60,616 nucleotides of DNA from an uncultured Anaerolineaceae bacterium (lineage in GTDB: Bacteria; Chloroflexota; Anaerolineae; Anaerolineales; Anaerolineaceae): NCBI GenBank assembly GCA_964426355.1, contig CAYRRA010000001.1:1-60616 (forward strand), written 5' to 3'. The notes under the pieces were generated by a model. It did no database searches, was not told the DNA's origin, and saw only the letters and a program-made list of their open reading frames with translations. Positions within the stretch are counted from its first letter, which is position 1; every line of letters begins with the position of its first letter. The position numbers were made by a program, and so were the translations under genes. Below, piece after piece: positions 37,095 through 45,533 of this stretch.

Positions 37095-37123
37095 ATTGTA
37101 TCATGCGTTTGTTTTTTTGACAA
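37095..37123 (-). promoter_or_regulatory. promoter giving a (near-)leaderless gntR-like mRNA
   Basis: On the minus strand: TTGTCA (37123-37118), a 17-nt spacer, then TACAAT (37100-37095). The ATG begins at 37086, so the predicted TSS lies within about 2 nt of the start codon. A tandem GATACAAT GATACAAT sits directly before the ATG. Confidence 0.45.
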
Positions 37124-37220
37124 TCCTTTTCCCCTTCAATTTTCTCCTCCTTGCCTGTCCGCCCTTTTACACCAGATTTTCATTTATTGATATGCGAAAT
37201 CAATGATACCATTTGGAAGG

Positions 37221-37263
37221 TATAAAAAGAATGTCGCGTTGAAAGACATGTCATTCAACGCGA
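37221..37263 (-). terminator. intrinsic terminator after the molybdopterin oxidoreductase gene
   Basis: A 10-bp stem TCGCGTTGAA / TTCAACGCGA (37234-37243 / 37254-37263) with a 10-nt loop. The minus strand continues CATTCTTTTTATA. Confidence 0.7.
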
Positions 37264-37319
37264 TAGATTAGAATGGCGTACAGCGTCATATCAACAGATG
37301 ATATGCATTCAAGTTAAGA

Positions 37320-37958
37320 TTAATGGTACCGCTGTTCCTTCCAGACATCCGCTTCGTTATGGTAGCCTGCTTGCTCCCAAAAACCCAGTTGATCATCGCG
37401 CAAGAATTCAATCCCCCGCAGCCACTTTGCGCCCTTCCACAGGTAAACGCTTTTCAACTCATTACGCCCAGGAATCGACCCGGTGACGGCGCGCAGCGGA
37501 AAACCATGTTCCGGCGTAAGCGGCTGCCCGGCATAATGGGTCGCCAGCAAAAAATTTTCCTGCAGCGCCAATTCCAGCGGTAAATTCGCAGTAAAGCCAG
37601 ATTCGGCATGTTGAAGGATATGTCGTGCCGAAGGAAGTGGTTTGACCCACCCACCCTCAATCAGTGTACGGAGTGAAACCCCTTCCCATTGGGTATCGGT
37701 AAGGCTCCAGTGTGTCACACAGTGCACATCCAGCACAACCTGGACGCGCGGCAACTGGTTGAATTCAATCCAATTCAATTCCAACGGCATTTCCACTTCG
37801 CCCCACACGCGAAACTTCCAGGTTACAGGGTTAAACCCGGGGATCGAGCCGTAATGCAGCACCGGCAGTTTTTTTGCAAACGTTTGACCGGGGGGCAAAC
37901 GACCCTCCCGGTCAATATGTTCTCTCACATTCTTGTTGTTTACAGGTAGAAAACTCAT
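37320..37958 (-). CDS. sulfite-oxidase-family molybdopterin-binding oxidoreductase domain protein
   Basis: 212 aa with a YedY/MsrP-like core, including HCVTHWS with the Moco-ligand Cys context. No signal peptide is seen. Confidence 0.75.
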   Translation of the reverse strand: MSFLPVNNKNVREHIDREGRLPPGQTFAKKLPVLHYGSIPGFNPVTWKFRVWGEVEMPLELNWIEFNQLPRVQVVLDVHCVTHWSLTDTQWEGVSLRTLIEGGWVKPLPSARHILQHAESGFTANLPLELALQENFLLATHYAGQPLTPEHGFPLRAVTGSIPGRNELKSVYLWKGAKWLRGIEFLRDDQLGFWEQAGYHNEADVWKEQRYH

Positions 37959-38061
37959 ATTCGGACATCTCCTACCTTATTATACTTGTTTTTACGAGAT
38001 CGAATGCCCTTGCTGTAGGGAGTTCTATTTTCCGCAGGGTTTTTCCACCCTGCTTTGACGG

Positions 38062-38799
38062 TCAGACTAAAATCAGGCGCGACCGTTTGAAGCTGGCATT
38101 GACAATCAATAACAGCACTACATCGGCAACCAAAAGTCCCACTGCTGCCCAGTTGATAACCTGCGTTAAATCGATGTTGGCAAACAAGCTGAAAAGCCGC
38201 TCTTTCATTTCGTCGGGTATCACTTGCAATACCAGCATGGGTAAAAACCACAAACCAATCATCATGATGCTCATTCGCTGATAAGCCTGACGAGCCGTAG
38301 AAGCCTTTAACGAGACCAATACACCGATGCAGGCAACCAATATCGCCACCAGCAGGCTGCCTCCTAAAGAGATGCTTAACGTAGACAGGGAATAAAACCG
38401 TATCTGTTCAGCCGGAAAGGCAATATTGATCGTCACCGCTCCGAGCAGGACGCTGACCAGCATCAGTGACCAGGCGTACAACACAATCGCCAAGACTTTA
38501 CCAAAAAGGATCGCCTGGTCAGAAAGCCGGCTGGCGAGCAGTGTTTCCAACGTCTGGCGTTCGCGCTCGCCAGCAAAAGAATCGGTTGTAATGCTTAATG
38601 CCATGAAAACCGGCATCCAGGACCAGACCAAAAGCTGTAGTGGATCATACAGCCACAACTCGCCCACCTGCGTAGGCATATAAACACCCATGAGTACCAG
38701 CACAACCGCTATGTTGAGCAAACCGCCGCGAATACCGCGCTGAGTGAGAATCACCTCACGCCACTCTTTCCAAATCATCGTCCATAAATCATTAATCAT
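38062..38799 (-). CDS. ABC-2 type transporter permease
   Basis: The track ORF reaches 38931, inside the ATPase gene. The ATG at 38799 (MINDLWTMIWKEW) overlaps the ATPase stop by 8 nt (ATGATTAATGA). It has 6 TM segments. Confidence 0.82.
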   Translation of the reverse strand: MINDLWTMIWKEWREVILTQRGIRGGLLNIAVVLVLMGVYMPTQVGELWLYDPLQLLVWSWMPVFMALSITTDSFAGERERQTLETLLASRLSDQAILFGKVLAIVLYAWSLMLVSVLLGAVTINIAFPAEQIRFYSLSTLSISLGGSLLVAILVACIGVLVSLKASTARQAYQRMSIMMIGLWFLPMLVLQVIPDEMKERLFSLFANIDLTQVINWAAVGLLVADVVLLLIVNASFKRSRLILV

Positions 38800-39733
38800 T
38801 TTCTTCCTCCACCAGTGTAAGGAAAATATCTTCCAGGCTGGCTTTATCACGGCTGACCTCATCAATTTCCACACCTGCGCCCACCAAAAGCTGCACAAGC
38901 GGCGCAGTAGGAATATCATCGCTGAGTTCAATCATCAACCTGCCGTCTCCCTCCAGATGGGCAGAGGAAACCTGCGGGTGTGCCTGTACAGCCGTGATAG
39001 CCTGTTCACTGAAACCGTTGCCCGTAACGATGACTCGTTTGTTCCCCTGGCGGCGTTTGAGTTCATCGGGAGCGCCAACAGCCAGCATTTTGCCTTTGCG
39101 GATGACCGCCACCTGGTCACATAATTTCTCCGCTTCTGCCAGGTTATGCGTGGTGAGGAAAACCGTCAGTCCTTCCTGGCGAACCAACCGTTCCAGGTCC
39201 TGACGCAGCGTTGCTGCGGCTACGGGGTCCAGCCCGGCGGTGGGTTCATCCAAAAAAACAAGGCGCGGGCGGTGAAGCAAGGCGCGCGCAACCGCCAGTT
39301 TCTGGCGCATACCGCGACTCCAATCCCGCACGGTATCCTTGCGCCGGTCCCATAAATCGATGCCGGTCAGCAGTTCTTGTATGCGTGCCTTACGCTCGTT
39401 GGCTGGGATGTGCCATGCCCTGCCGTAAAACTCCAGGTTATCTTCCGCGCTCATGCGTTCATACAATCCGGTGTATTCCAACAAGGCACCGCTTTGCTCG
39501 CGGATGACCTGTGCCTGTCGAACGGTATCATACCCCAGCACCTCAGCGCTGCCGCTGCTGGGTTCGAGCAGACCCAAAAGCAGCCGGATGGTAGTGGTCT
39601 TTCCTGAACCATTCGGACCCAGGTAACCAAAAACAATCCCTGCAGGAACTTGAATGCTTACATCCTGGATTGCGGTGACCGTCCCAAATGTTCGTGTCAG
39701 ATTCTTTGTGTCAATTGCTATTGATTGCATCAT
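38792..39733 (-). CDS. ABC transporter ATP-binding protein
   Basis: I prefer the start MMQSIAIDTKNL at 39733. Walker A GPNGSGKTTT, signature WSRGMRQKL, Walker B LVFLDEPTAGLD. Confidence 0.9.
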   Translation of the reverse strand: MMQSIAIDTKNLTRTFGTVTAIQDVSIQVPAGIVFGYLGPNGSGKTTTIRLLLGLLEPSSGSAEVLGYDTVRQAQVIREQSGALLEYTGLYERMSAEDNLEFYGRAWHIPANERKARIQELLTGIDLWDRRKDTVRDWSRGMRQKLAVARALLHRPRLVFLDEPTAGLDPVAAATLRQDLERLVRQEGLTVFLTTHNLAEAEKLCDQVAVIRKGKMLAVGAPDELKRRQGNKRVIVTGNGFSEQAITAVQAHPQVSSAHLEGDGRLMIELSDDIPTAPLVQLLVGAGVEIDEVSRDKASLEDIFLTLVEEEND

Positions 39734-39947
39734 CTCATCTCCAAAAATTGCGCCTGTCTTACAACCCGCCAGAGCATCCGGCGCCCAACAGGCTATTTTA
39801 CCCGAATTCAAGATGATTCTGCGATCAACCTTGCAGGGCAGGCAACATCCCGATGCAAAGGTGTTGTTATACCGCCTTGGTCCATCCCCTCACAAACAAG
39901 ATATTAATTGACCGGACTGGGTGAAGTAGAGTAAAATTATCAACGAA

Positions 39948-41666
39948 ATGAGTAATTTTTTATCCAATAATGATCTCACGCAGCGATTGGCGCAGCTGCA
40001 TGTGTTTAGCTTAAAAATCATCCAATATACATCCCTGGATCACCTGCTGGAACAAATCGCGATGATCGCCTGTCAGCAAACAGGTGCATCCTGTGCGAGC
40101 ATTAACATCCGCGAGGATGCCTCAAAACCTGGCAAGGCAATCACAGTTAACTGGGATGAGGATGATTATGTCGTTGTTGAAAATCCGGCGTTTGCCCAAC
40201 ACATCTTTCAGGCAATGGCGCCCGGGAACATTTCGGCGCGATTTCCTCCGGAATATCGTGCCAAGCTCGTTGGGCTGGCGAGCCAAAACCCGGAGGTATT
40301 TTCGTTTTTATATGTCCCCATCCTGCAAGGAAAAAACCTGATCGGGCAAATTTTGGTTGTCAACAAAATTAAAGGGCGCACCTTCAGCGCTGAAGATCAG
40401 AAACTGATGGAAACGTTGGCTGCTTATGCAGAGATTGGCATCTCCACCGCCAACCTGCGAGCACGACTCTCTCAACGCGACCACTCGCTGACCCGGCGCA
40501 ATGAAAACCTGGCAATGCTGAACAACCTTGCTGCCACGCTTTCCTCAAACGCAGAGATTGATCAGATGATTGAAGAGACCTTGCGCCAGGTCATCGACAG
40601 CATGCACCTGGCAGCAGGTGAAGTGTACCTGCAGCGCGAAGATAACAGCCTGCACCAATTGATGCTGCATTATGGCGATGGAATTGACCATTTCTGGAAG
40701 CAAACCCAGTATGAAACCGGCAGCGGCACGGTGGGTAAAACAGCCCTCAACGGGCACCCCATCGTGATCGACCTGTATGAGGACGAAGCAGATGATCTCA
40801 ACGAAAATATGTATCACAATCGTATCCAGCAGGTAAGTTGTTTTCCGCTTTCTGGTCGCAACGGACCGCTGGGTGTCTTGTGCATTGCCACCTGCCAGCC
40901 GCAGCCTCTGGACGAGCTTGAAACCCAATTTCTGACCATTATCAGCTCCTGGGTCGGCACAGTGATCGAAAATGCACGCCTCAACCTGCAGCAGCGCCGT
41001 CATGATGTGCTGGAAGAGCGCAAACGCATCGGCATGGATTTGCATGATGGCATCATCCAATCTATTTATGCAGTTGGGCTTACTTTGGAACATGCCAGGC
41101 TGCTGATGAACGAAGATTATGAAAAGGCGGACCTACGCATCGAGCAGGCGATCCATGACCTGGACAGCACCATCCGCGACCTGCGTTCCTACATCCTCGA
41201 CTTGCGCCCGCATTACCTCCATGATGAAAACCTGATGCAAGGCATCCGTCGGTTGGTGAATGAGTTCAGCGTAAATTCACTCGTCGACGTCGAGTTGCAT
41301 GGCACTCCAGACGAATTCAAAGACCTGCCGGAAACACAGGCTCTGGCGTTGTTCCACATCTGCCAGGAAGCGCTGGCAAACGTAGCCAAACATGCACGTG
41401 CTCAACAGGTCAGTGTAAGTCTCTGGACGGTGGCGGAGCGCGCCTTGCTCGAAGTGCATGACGACGGGTTTGGTTTTGACATGAGTGAAACCCGGTTTTC
41501 CCTGGGACATGGGCTTTCCAACATGCAGGTTCGTGCCCGAAACGTGGGCGGCGATGTCGATATCAGTTCAGAACCCAACGGCGGGACAACTATCCTGGCA
41601 TGGGTTCCCCTGAAACGACCGGTGAAGAATTTCCATCCCGGCAGTCAGCGCACAGAGAACCTCTGA
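39948..41666 (+). CDS. cytoplasmic sensor histidine kinase (two GAF domains, HisKA_3, HATPase_c)
   Basis: 572 aa with no TM segment. The H-box is ERKRIGMDLHDGIIQSI; the G-boxes are VHDDGFGF and GHGLSNMQVRA. There is no adjacent response regulator. Confidence 0.88.
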   Translation: MSNFLSNNDLTQRLAQLHVFSLKIIQYTSLDHLLEQIAMIACQQTGASCASINIREDASKPGKAITVNWDEDDYVVVENPAFAQHIFQAMAPGNISARFPPEYRAKLVGLASQNPEVFSFLYVPILQGKNLIGQILVVNKIKGRTFSAEDQKLMETLAAYAEIGISTANLRARLSQRDHSLTRRNENLAMLNNLAATLSSNAEIDQMIEETLRQVIDSMHLAAGEVYLQREDNSLHQLMLHYGDGIDHFWKQTQYETGSGTVGKTALNGHPIVIDLYEDEADDLNENMYHNRIQQVSCFPLSGRNGPLGVLCIATCQPQPLDELETQFLTIISSWVGTVIENARLNLQQRRHDVLEERKRIGMDLHDGIIQSIYAVGLTLEHARLLMNEDYEKADLRIEQAIHDLDSTIRDLRSYILDLRPHYLHDENLMQGIRRLVNEFSVNSLVDVELHGTPDEFKDLPETQALALFHICQEALANVAKHARAQQVSVSLWTVAERALLEVHDDGFGFDMSETRFSLGHGLSNMQVRARNVGGDVDISSEPNGGTTILAWVPLKRPVKNFHPGSQRTENL

Positions 41667-41686
41667 ATTACCAATCATCCCGATCT

Positions 41687-42451
41687 ATGAGCTTTGATAT
41701 GATGCCTTCATCAGCAAATGAACCTTTCGATAAAGCAGCTCAGTTGGGCGTGCCCTCTTTGGTCTGGCGCGCCGGACAGGAACGCCGTTGGGAAATGATC
41801 CGCCAGGCAGCCGGCGAACGTTTGAGTGGTGTGGTTTTTGAGGATGGCGCTGGCGTTGGGATGTACCTGGAACGCATGGCAGCCACCGCTGCACAGGCTG
41901 TTGGGCTGGAAGTGGAGATGGATCGTGCCCAACAGACCCATGAACGCATCGATCAGATCGTATGCGGGGTAGGAGAAACCCTGCCTTTCCCCGACAAACT
42001 CTTTGACCTGATTCTCAGCCATGAAGTCATCGAGCATGTGCAGGATGATCAACTGGTAGTCAATGAGATGGTGCGCACCTTACGACCCGGAGGGAGACTG
42101 ACTCTCTTTTGCCCCAACCGCGGTTACCCCTTTGAAACACATGGCATTTACTGGAAGGGGCAGTATCATTTTGGTAACAAACCGTTTGTAAATTACCTGC
42201 CGCGCCGCTGGCGGAACCGGTTGGCGCCGCATGTGCGAGTTTACTCTCGTTCCGACCTGGAAAAACTATTCAAAGGGCTGCCGGTGCGCTTCATTCAGCG
42301 AACCATCATCTTTGGCGCTTACGACAATATCATCGCCCGCAGACCCGGGTTGGGACGTTTGCTTCGAACGCTTCTGCAGGCATTGGAAAAAACACCTCTG
42401 CGAGTGTTGGGGCTTTCGCATTTTTGGGTTGTAGAGAAAATCGCTTCATAA
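41687..42451 (+). CDS. class I SAM-dependent methyltransferase
   Basis: I prefer the ATG at 41687, because the track start 41600 overlaps the kinase. Motif I is FEDGAGVGMY and the post-I/II blocks are DLILSHEVIEHV and LRPGGRL. Confidence 0.8.
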   Translation: MSFDMMPSSANEPFDKAAQLGVPSLVWRAGQERRWEMIRQAAGERLSGVVFEDGAGVGMYLERMAATAAQAVGLEVEMDRAQQTHERIDQIVCGVGETLPFPDKLFDLILSHEVIEHVQDDQLVVNEMVRTLRPGGRLTLFCPNRGYPFETHGIYWKGQYHFGNKPFVNYLPRRWRNRLAPHVRVYSRSDLEKLFKGLPVRFIQRTIIFGAYDNIIARRPGLGRLLRTLLQALEKTPLRVLGLSHFWVVEKIAS

Positions 42452-42502
42452 CAAGACGATTCGCTTCATTGACAATCCCACCCGCCTGCGGTATCCTTAC
42501 AC

Positions 42503-42612
42503 TGCGCCCGGGTGGGACCGGCGCGGCGGAACCCTACGAACCCCGTCAGGTCCGAGAGGAAGCAGCGGTAAGAAGGTACTTCCGGGCGCCGCCGGCAAAC
42601 CTACCCGGCGCA
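42503..42612 (+). ncRNA. ffs: signal recognition particle RNA (small bacterial 4.5S type)
   Basis: Contains the universally conserved domain IV sequence GUCAGGUCC-GAGA-GGAAGCAGC, a GNRA tetraloop flanked by the symmetric-loop sequences. For comparison, E. coli 4.5S has GUCAGGUCCGGAAGGAAGCAGC. The 5' segment UGCGCCCGGGUGGGACCGGCG... pairs with the 3' segment ...CGCCGCCGG..CCUACCCGGCGCA to form the long helix 5, and a U-rich tail follows. The ends are approximate. Confidence 0.85.
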
Positions 42613-42633
42613 TCTTTATTTCCGGTACACGCT

Positions 42634-43527
42634 ATGACAGACACACCCCCCATTTGCAATTACGAAGGCTCAGATTACCAGGAAACCTTCTGGGAAACTG
42701 GCGGTCGTGCTTACGAAGATGCCGCTGAATGCATTGCCCTCAAACGCCTCTTGCCGGCAAGCGGCGGACACCTGGTAGAACTGGGGGCGGGTGCAGGGCG
42801 AAACACCCCCCGCTATTGTGGTTTTCAAGCTATCACCCTGGTGGATTATTCGCTCACGCAGCTTCAGCAGGCAAAAAAGCGCTTATCCGAAAGCCACCCA
42901 GGGCAGGCTTACCGCTACGTGGCTGCCGATATCTACCGGCTGCCCTTCGTTTCCGGGCTGTTCGATGCCGCCACCATGATCCGCACACTTCATCACATGA
43001 GCGAACCACAGCGCGCCCTAAAGCAAGTCCGGAACGTCTTGCGACCGGGTTCTGTTTTTATCCTGGAGTTCGCCAATAAACGCAACTTAAAATCGGTGCT
43101 GCGCTATCTGCTGCGCCGCCAGGATTGGAACCCCTTTTCGCTCGAACCGGTGGAATTTGTAAAGCTGAATTTCGATTTTCACCCGCAGGCGGTTCGTAAC
43201 TGGCTGGGTGAAAATGGTTTCCTTCTGGAGCGCCAGCTTACGGTTTCTCACTTCCGCATCGGGTTGCTCAAGCGATTACTGCCATTGAAATTGCTGTTGT
43301 GGATGGATTCGATGGCGCAGCTTACCGGCGGGTTTTGGCAGTACTCTCCCAGTGTTTTTACACGCAGCCGTACCACCCAGGAAGGACTGACCAGCCTGCC
43401 GGGTGCGTTTTTCGCATGTCCGTTTTGCAGCGCACCTATTGAAGACACGCCGCCTTTGTTGTCCTGCCCCGGCTGCGGCAAAAAATACCCTGTTGAGGAT
43501 GGCATCTACGATTTTAGAGGGGCATAA
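42634..43527 (+). CDS. class I SAM-dependent methyltransferase with C-terminal Trm112-like zinc ribbon
   Basis: The real start is most likely ATG 42634 (MTDTPPICNYEG); the 70 codons the track puts upstream cover the SRP RNA. Motif I is VELGAGAGRNT. The C-terminus is CPFCSAP...CPGCGKKYPVEDGIYDF. Confidence 0.8.
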   Translation: MTDTPPICNYEGSDYQETFWETGGRAYEDAAECIALKRLLPASGGHLVELGAGAGRNTPRYCGFQAITLVDYSLTQLQQAKKRLSESHPGQAYRYVAADIYRLPFVSGLFDAATMIRTLHHMSEPQRALKQVRNVLRPGSVFILEFANKRNLKSVLRYLLRRQDWNPFSLEPVEFVKLNFDFHPQAVRNWLGENGFLLERQLTVSHFRIGLLKRLLPLKLLLWMDSMAQLTGGFWQYSPSVFTRSRTTQEGLTSLPGAFFACPFCSAPIEDTPPLLSCPGCGKKYPVEDGIYDFRGA

Positions 43528-43530
43528 CCC

Positions 43531-44748
43531 ATGACTGCTTTTATCAAGGGTCTGCAACTCAGTCAGCTCTTTTACGACGAAGCCGTTCACCCCATTTTAT
43601 CCACCCATTTTCCACAGCTTGTGTATTCGGCTGGGCGGCTGGACTTTGGTTCGGATGTGCTCGGTTTCGATACGCCCGTTTCGCGTGATCATCATTGGGG
43701 ACCGCGCGTGGTGCTCTTTTTGCGTGAAGAGGATATTGAAACGTACCGTTTTCCTGTCCTGCGCTGCCTCTCGCAGTATCTGCCCAAAGAAATCCACGGT
43801 TATCCCACCCATTTCAACAACCTGGAAAGTGACGGAGGGGTAATGCAAGCCATCCAGAAGGGACCGGTTACACCCTACATTCCGGTTACTACGCTGGAAC
43901 TTTTTTTGCTGGGTTATGCAGGCATCGATACAGACCAGCCACCGGCAGCCAATAAACGGCTGGCACCCAACAAACGGCTGGCACCCAACAAACGGCTGGA
44001 AGTCTCTTGCTGGCTGACCATCCCCTGGCAGCGGCTGGCGACTCTTTACGCAGGAAAGGTCTTCCACGATGGGTTGGGAACGTTGCAGGCATGGACGGAG
44101 TGGCTGCGTTGGTATCCACACGACCTTTGGCTTTACATCCTGGCGGCGCAGTGGAGAAAGATTGACCAGGAAGAGCCATTCATGGCTCGCTGCGGTGATG
44201 TGGGCGACGAAACCGGCTCCAGAGATGTAGCCGCCCGCATGATACATCACTTGATGGAGCTTTGCTTCCTGATGGAAAAACGCTATCCGCCTTACAGTAA
44301 ATGGTTCGGCACAGCTTTTAATTTATTGGACTGCGCCGCAGATTTATCGCCCATTTTTGAGCGTGTGCATCGATCTGCTGATTGGAAAGAGCGCGAGCAG
44401 TATCTATCGGAAGCTTATTTGTATCTCGGTCAAAAACATAACCGCCTGAGGATTACAAACGAGATCACGCCGGAAATTTCAAGCTTTTACAGCCGCCCAT
44501 ACCAGGTTCCCCATGCCGGGCGCTATGTGGATGCACTGCATGCAGAGATCCGGTCCGATGAGATACGTTCTCTCCCGCCCCACCTGGGCAGCATCGATCA
44601 ATACGTGGAAAATGTTGATGTGCTGGAATCGATTGCCCTCTGCCGCAAGATGAGAGCCCTGTACGATGCCCCCCTGGAGAGCGACCTGCCAGAACCCTGC
44701 CCGATTGCCACAACCGAAATCCAGCGTGAAGGAGAAAAGAAAGTATGA
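43531..44748 (+). CDS. DUF4037-like (nucleotidyltransferase-fold related) protein
   Basis: 405 aa. The N-terminal block GSDVLGFDTPVSRDHHWGPRVVLFL matches my memory of the DUF4037 family signature. It starts 3 nt after the upstream stop. Confidence 0.6.
   Translation: MTAFIKGLQLSQLFYDEAVHPILSTHFPQLVYSAGRLDFGSDVLGFDTPVSRDHHWGPRVVLFLREEDIETYRFPVLRCLSQYLPKEIHGYPTHFNNLESDGGVMQAIQKGPVTPYIPVTTLELFLLGYAGIDTDQPPAANKRLAPNKRLAPNKRLEVSCWLTIPWQRLATLYAGKVFHDGLGTLQAWTEWLRWYPHDLWLYILAAQWRKIDQEEPFMARCGDVGDETGSRDVAARMIHHLMELCFLMEKRYPPYSKWFGTAFNLLDCAADLSPIFERVHRSADWKEREQYLSEAYLYLGQKHNRLRITNEITPEISSFYSRPYQVPHAGRYVDALHAEIRSDEIRSLPPHLGSIDQYVENVDVLESIALCRKMRALYDAPLESDLPEPCPIATTEIQREGEKKV
43945..43998 (+). repeat. 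in-frame 18-bp tandem repeat, 3 units (AANKRL/APNKRL/APNKRL)
   Basis: GCAGCCAATAAACGGCTG, then GCACCCAACAAACGGCTG twice. Units 2 and 3 are identical. Confidence 0.85.
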
Positions 44749-45533
44749 AAATTATCGTCATCACCGGAAGCACGCGCGGTATCGGGTATGGACTGGCTGA
44801 AGCCTTCCTTGATTTGGGGTGCTCTGTGGTCATCAGCGGCAGGAATAACGACCGTGTTACTGAAGCGGTAGATAAACTGGCACGCCGTTTTGACCGCGAG
44901 CGAGTTTTTGGTTGCACTTGCGATGTGTGCCAGTACGAGCAAGTGCAGGCGCTCTGGGATTCCGCGCGGCAGGTTTTCAGCAAAGTGGATATCTGGGTGA
45001 ACAACGCCGGTATCGCCAACCCTTTGGGGTCACTATTGGAGCAGTCCGATGAAACCATACGGGAAATCGTCAATACCAACCTGGTCGGCGCCATGTATGG
45101 AGCTAAAGTGGCTTTGTACGGGATGCAGCCTCAGGGGTATGGTGCGGTGTATAACCTGCTGGGTTTAGGGAGTGATGGACGTACACAGAATGGTTTGCTG
45201 GTTTACGGCACAACCAAAGCTGCGCTGGGTTATTTCACCGATGCACTGGCGCAGGAAGTGAGAGGAACCGGTCTGCTGGTGGGTGGGGTATCTCCTGGTA
45301 TGGTGGTGACGGACATGGTCACATCATCGCGCTATACAGATGCCCATACCTGGGAACGCGTTAAACGCGTACTCAACTTACTGGGAGATCGAGTGGAAAC
45401 CGTTTCGCCCTGGCTGGCAAAAAAAATGCTGAAAAACAAGAAAAACGGTGCGCAAATCCACTGGCTGACCAAAACTCGCCTGTTGTGGAGGGTGTTGACA
45501 TCACCCATCATCCGCAGAGGTGTCGTCAAATAA
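44745..45533 (+). CDS. SDR oxidoreductase
   Basis: 262 aa with ITGSTRGIGYGLA and YGTTK (YxxxK). It overlaps the upstream gene by 4 nt. Confidence 0.85.
   Translation: MKIIVITGSTRGIGYGLAEAFLDLGCSVVISGRNNDRVTEAVDKLARRFDRERVFGCTCDVCQYEQVQALWDSARQVFSKVDIWVNNAGIANPLGSLLEQSDETIREIVNTNLVGAMYGAKVALYGMQPQGYGAVYNLLGLGSDGRTQNGLLVYGTTKAALGYFTDALAQEVRGTGLLVGGVSPGMVVTDMVTSSRYTDAHTWERVKRVLNLLGDRVETVSPWLAKKMLKNKKNGAQIHWLTKTRLLWRVLTSPIIRRGVVK

Noticed and set aside
42424-42633. N-terminal 70 codons of ORF 42424..43527.
   Set aside because: This stretch is the SRP RNA gene plus its flanks. The translation (…PPACGILTLRPGGTGAAEPYEPRQVREEAAVRRYFRAPPANLPGA…) is GC-driven nonsense. A proper methyltransferase N-terminus starts at ATG 42634.
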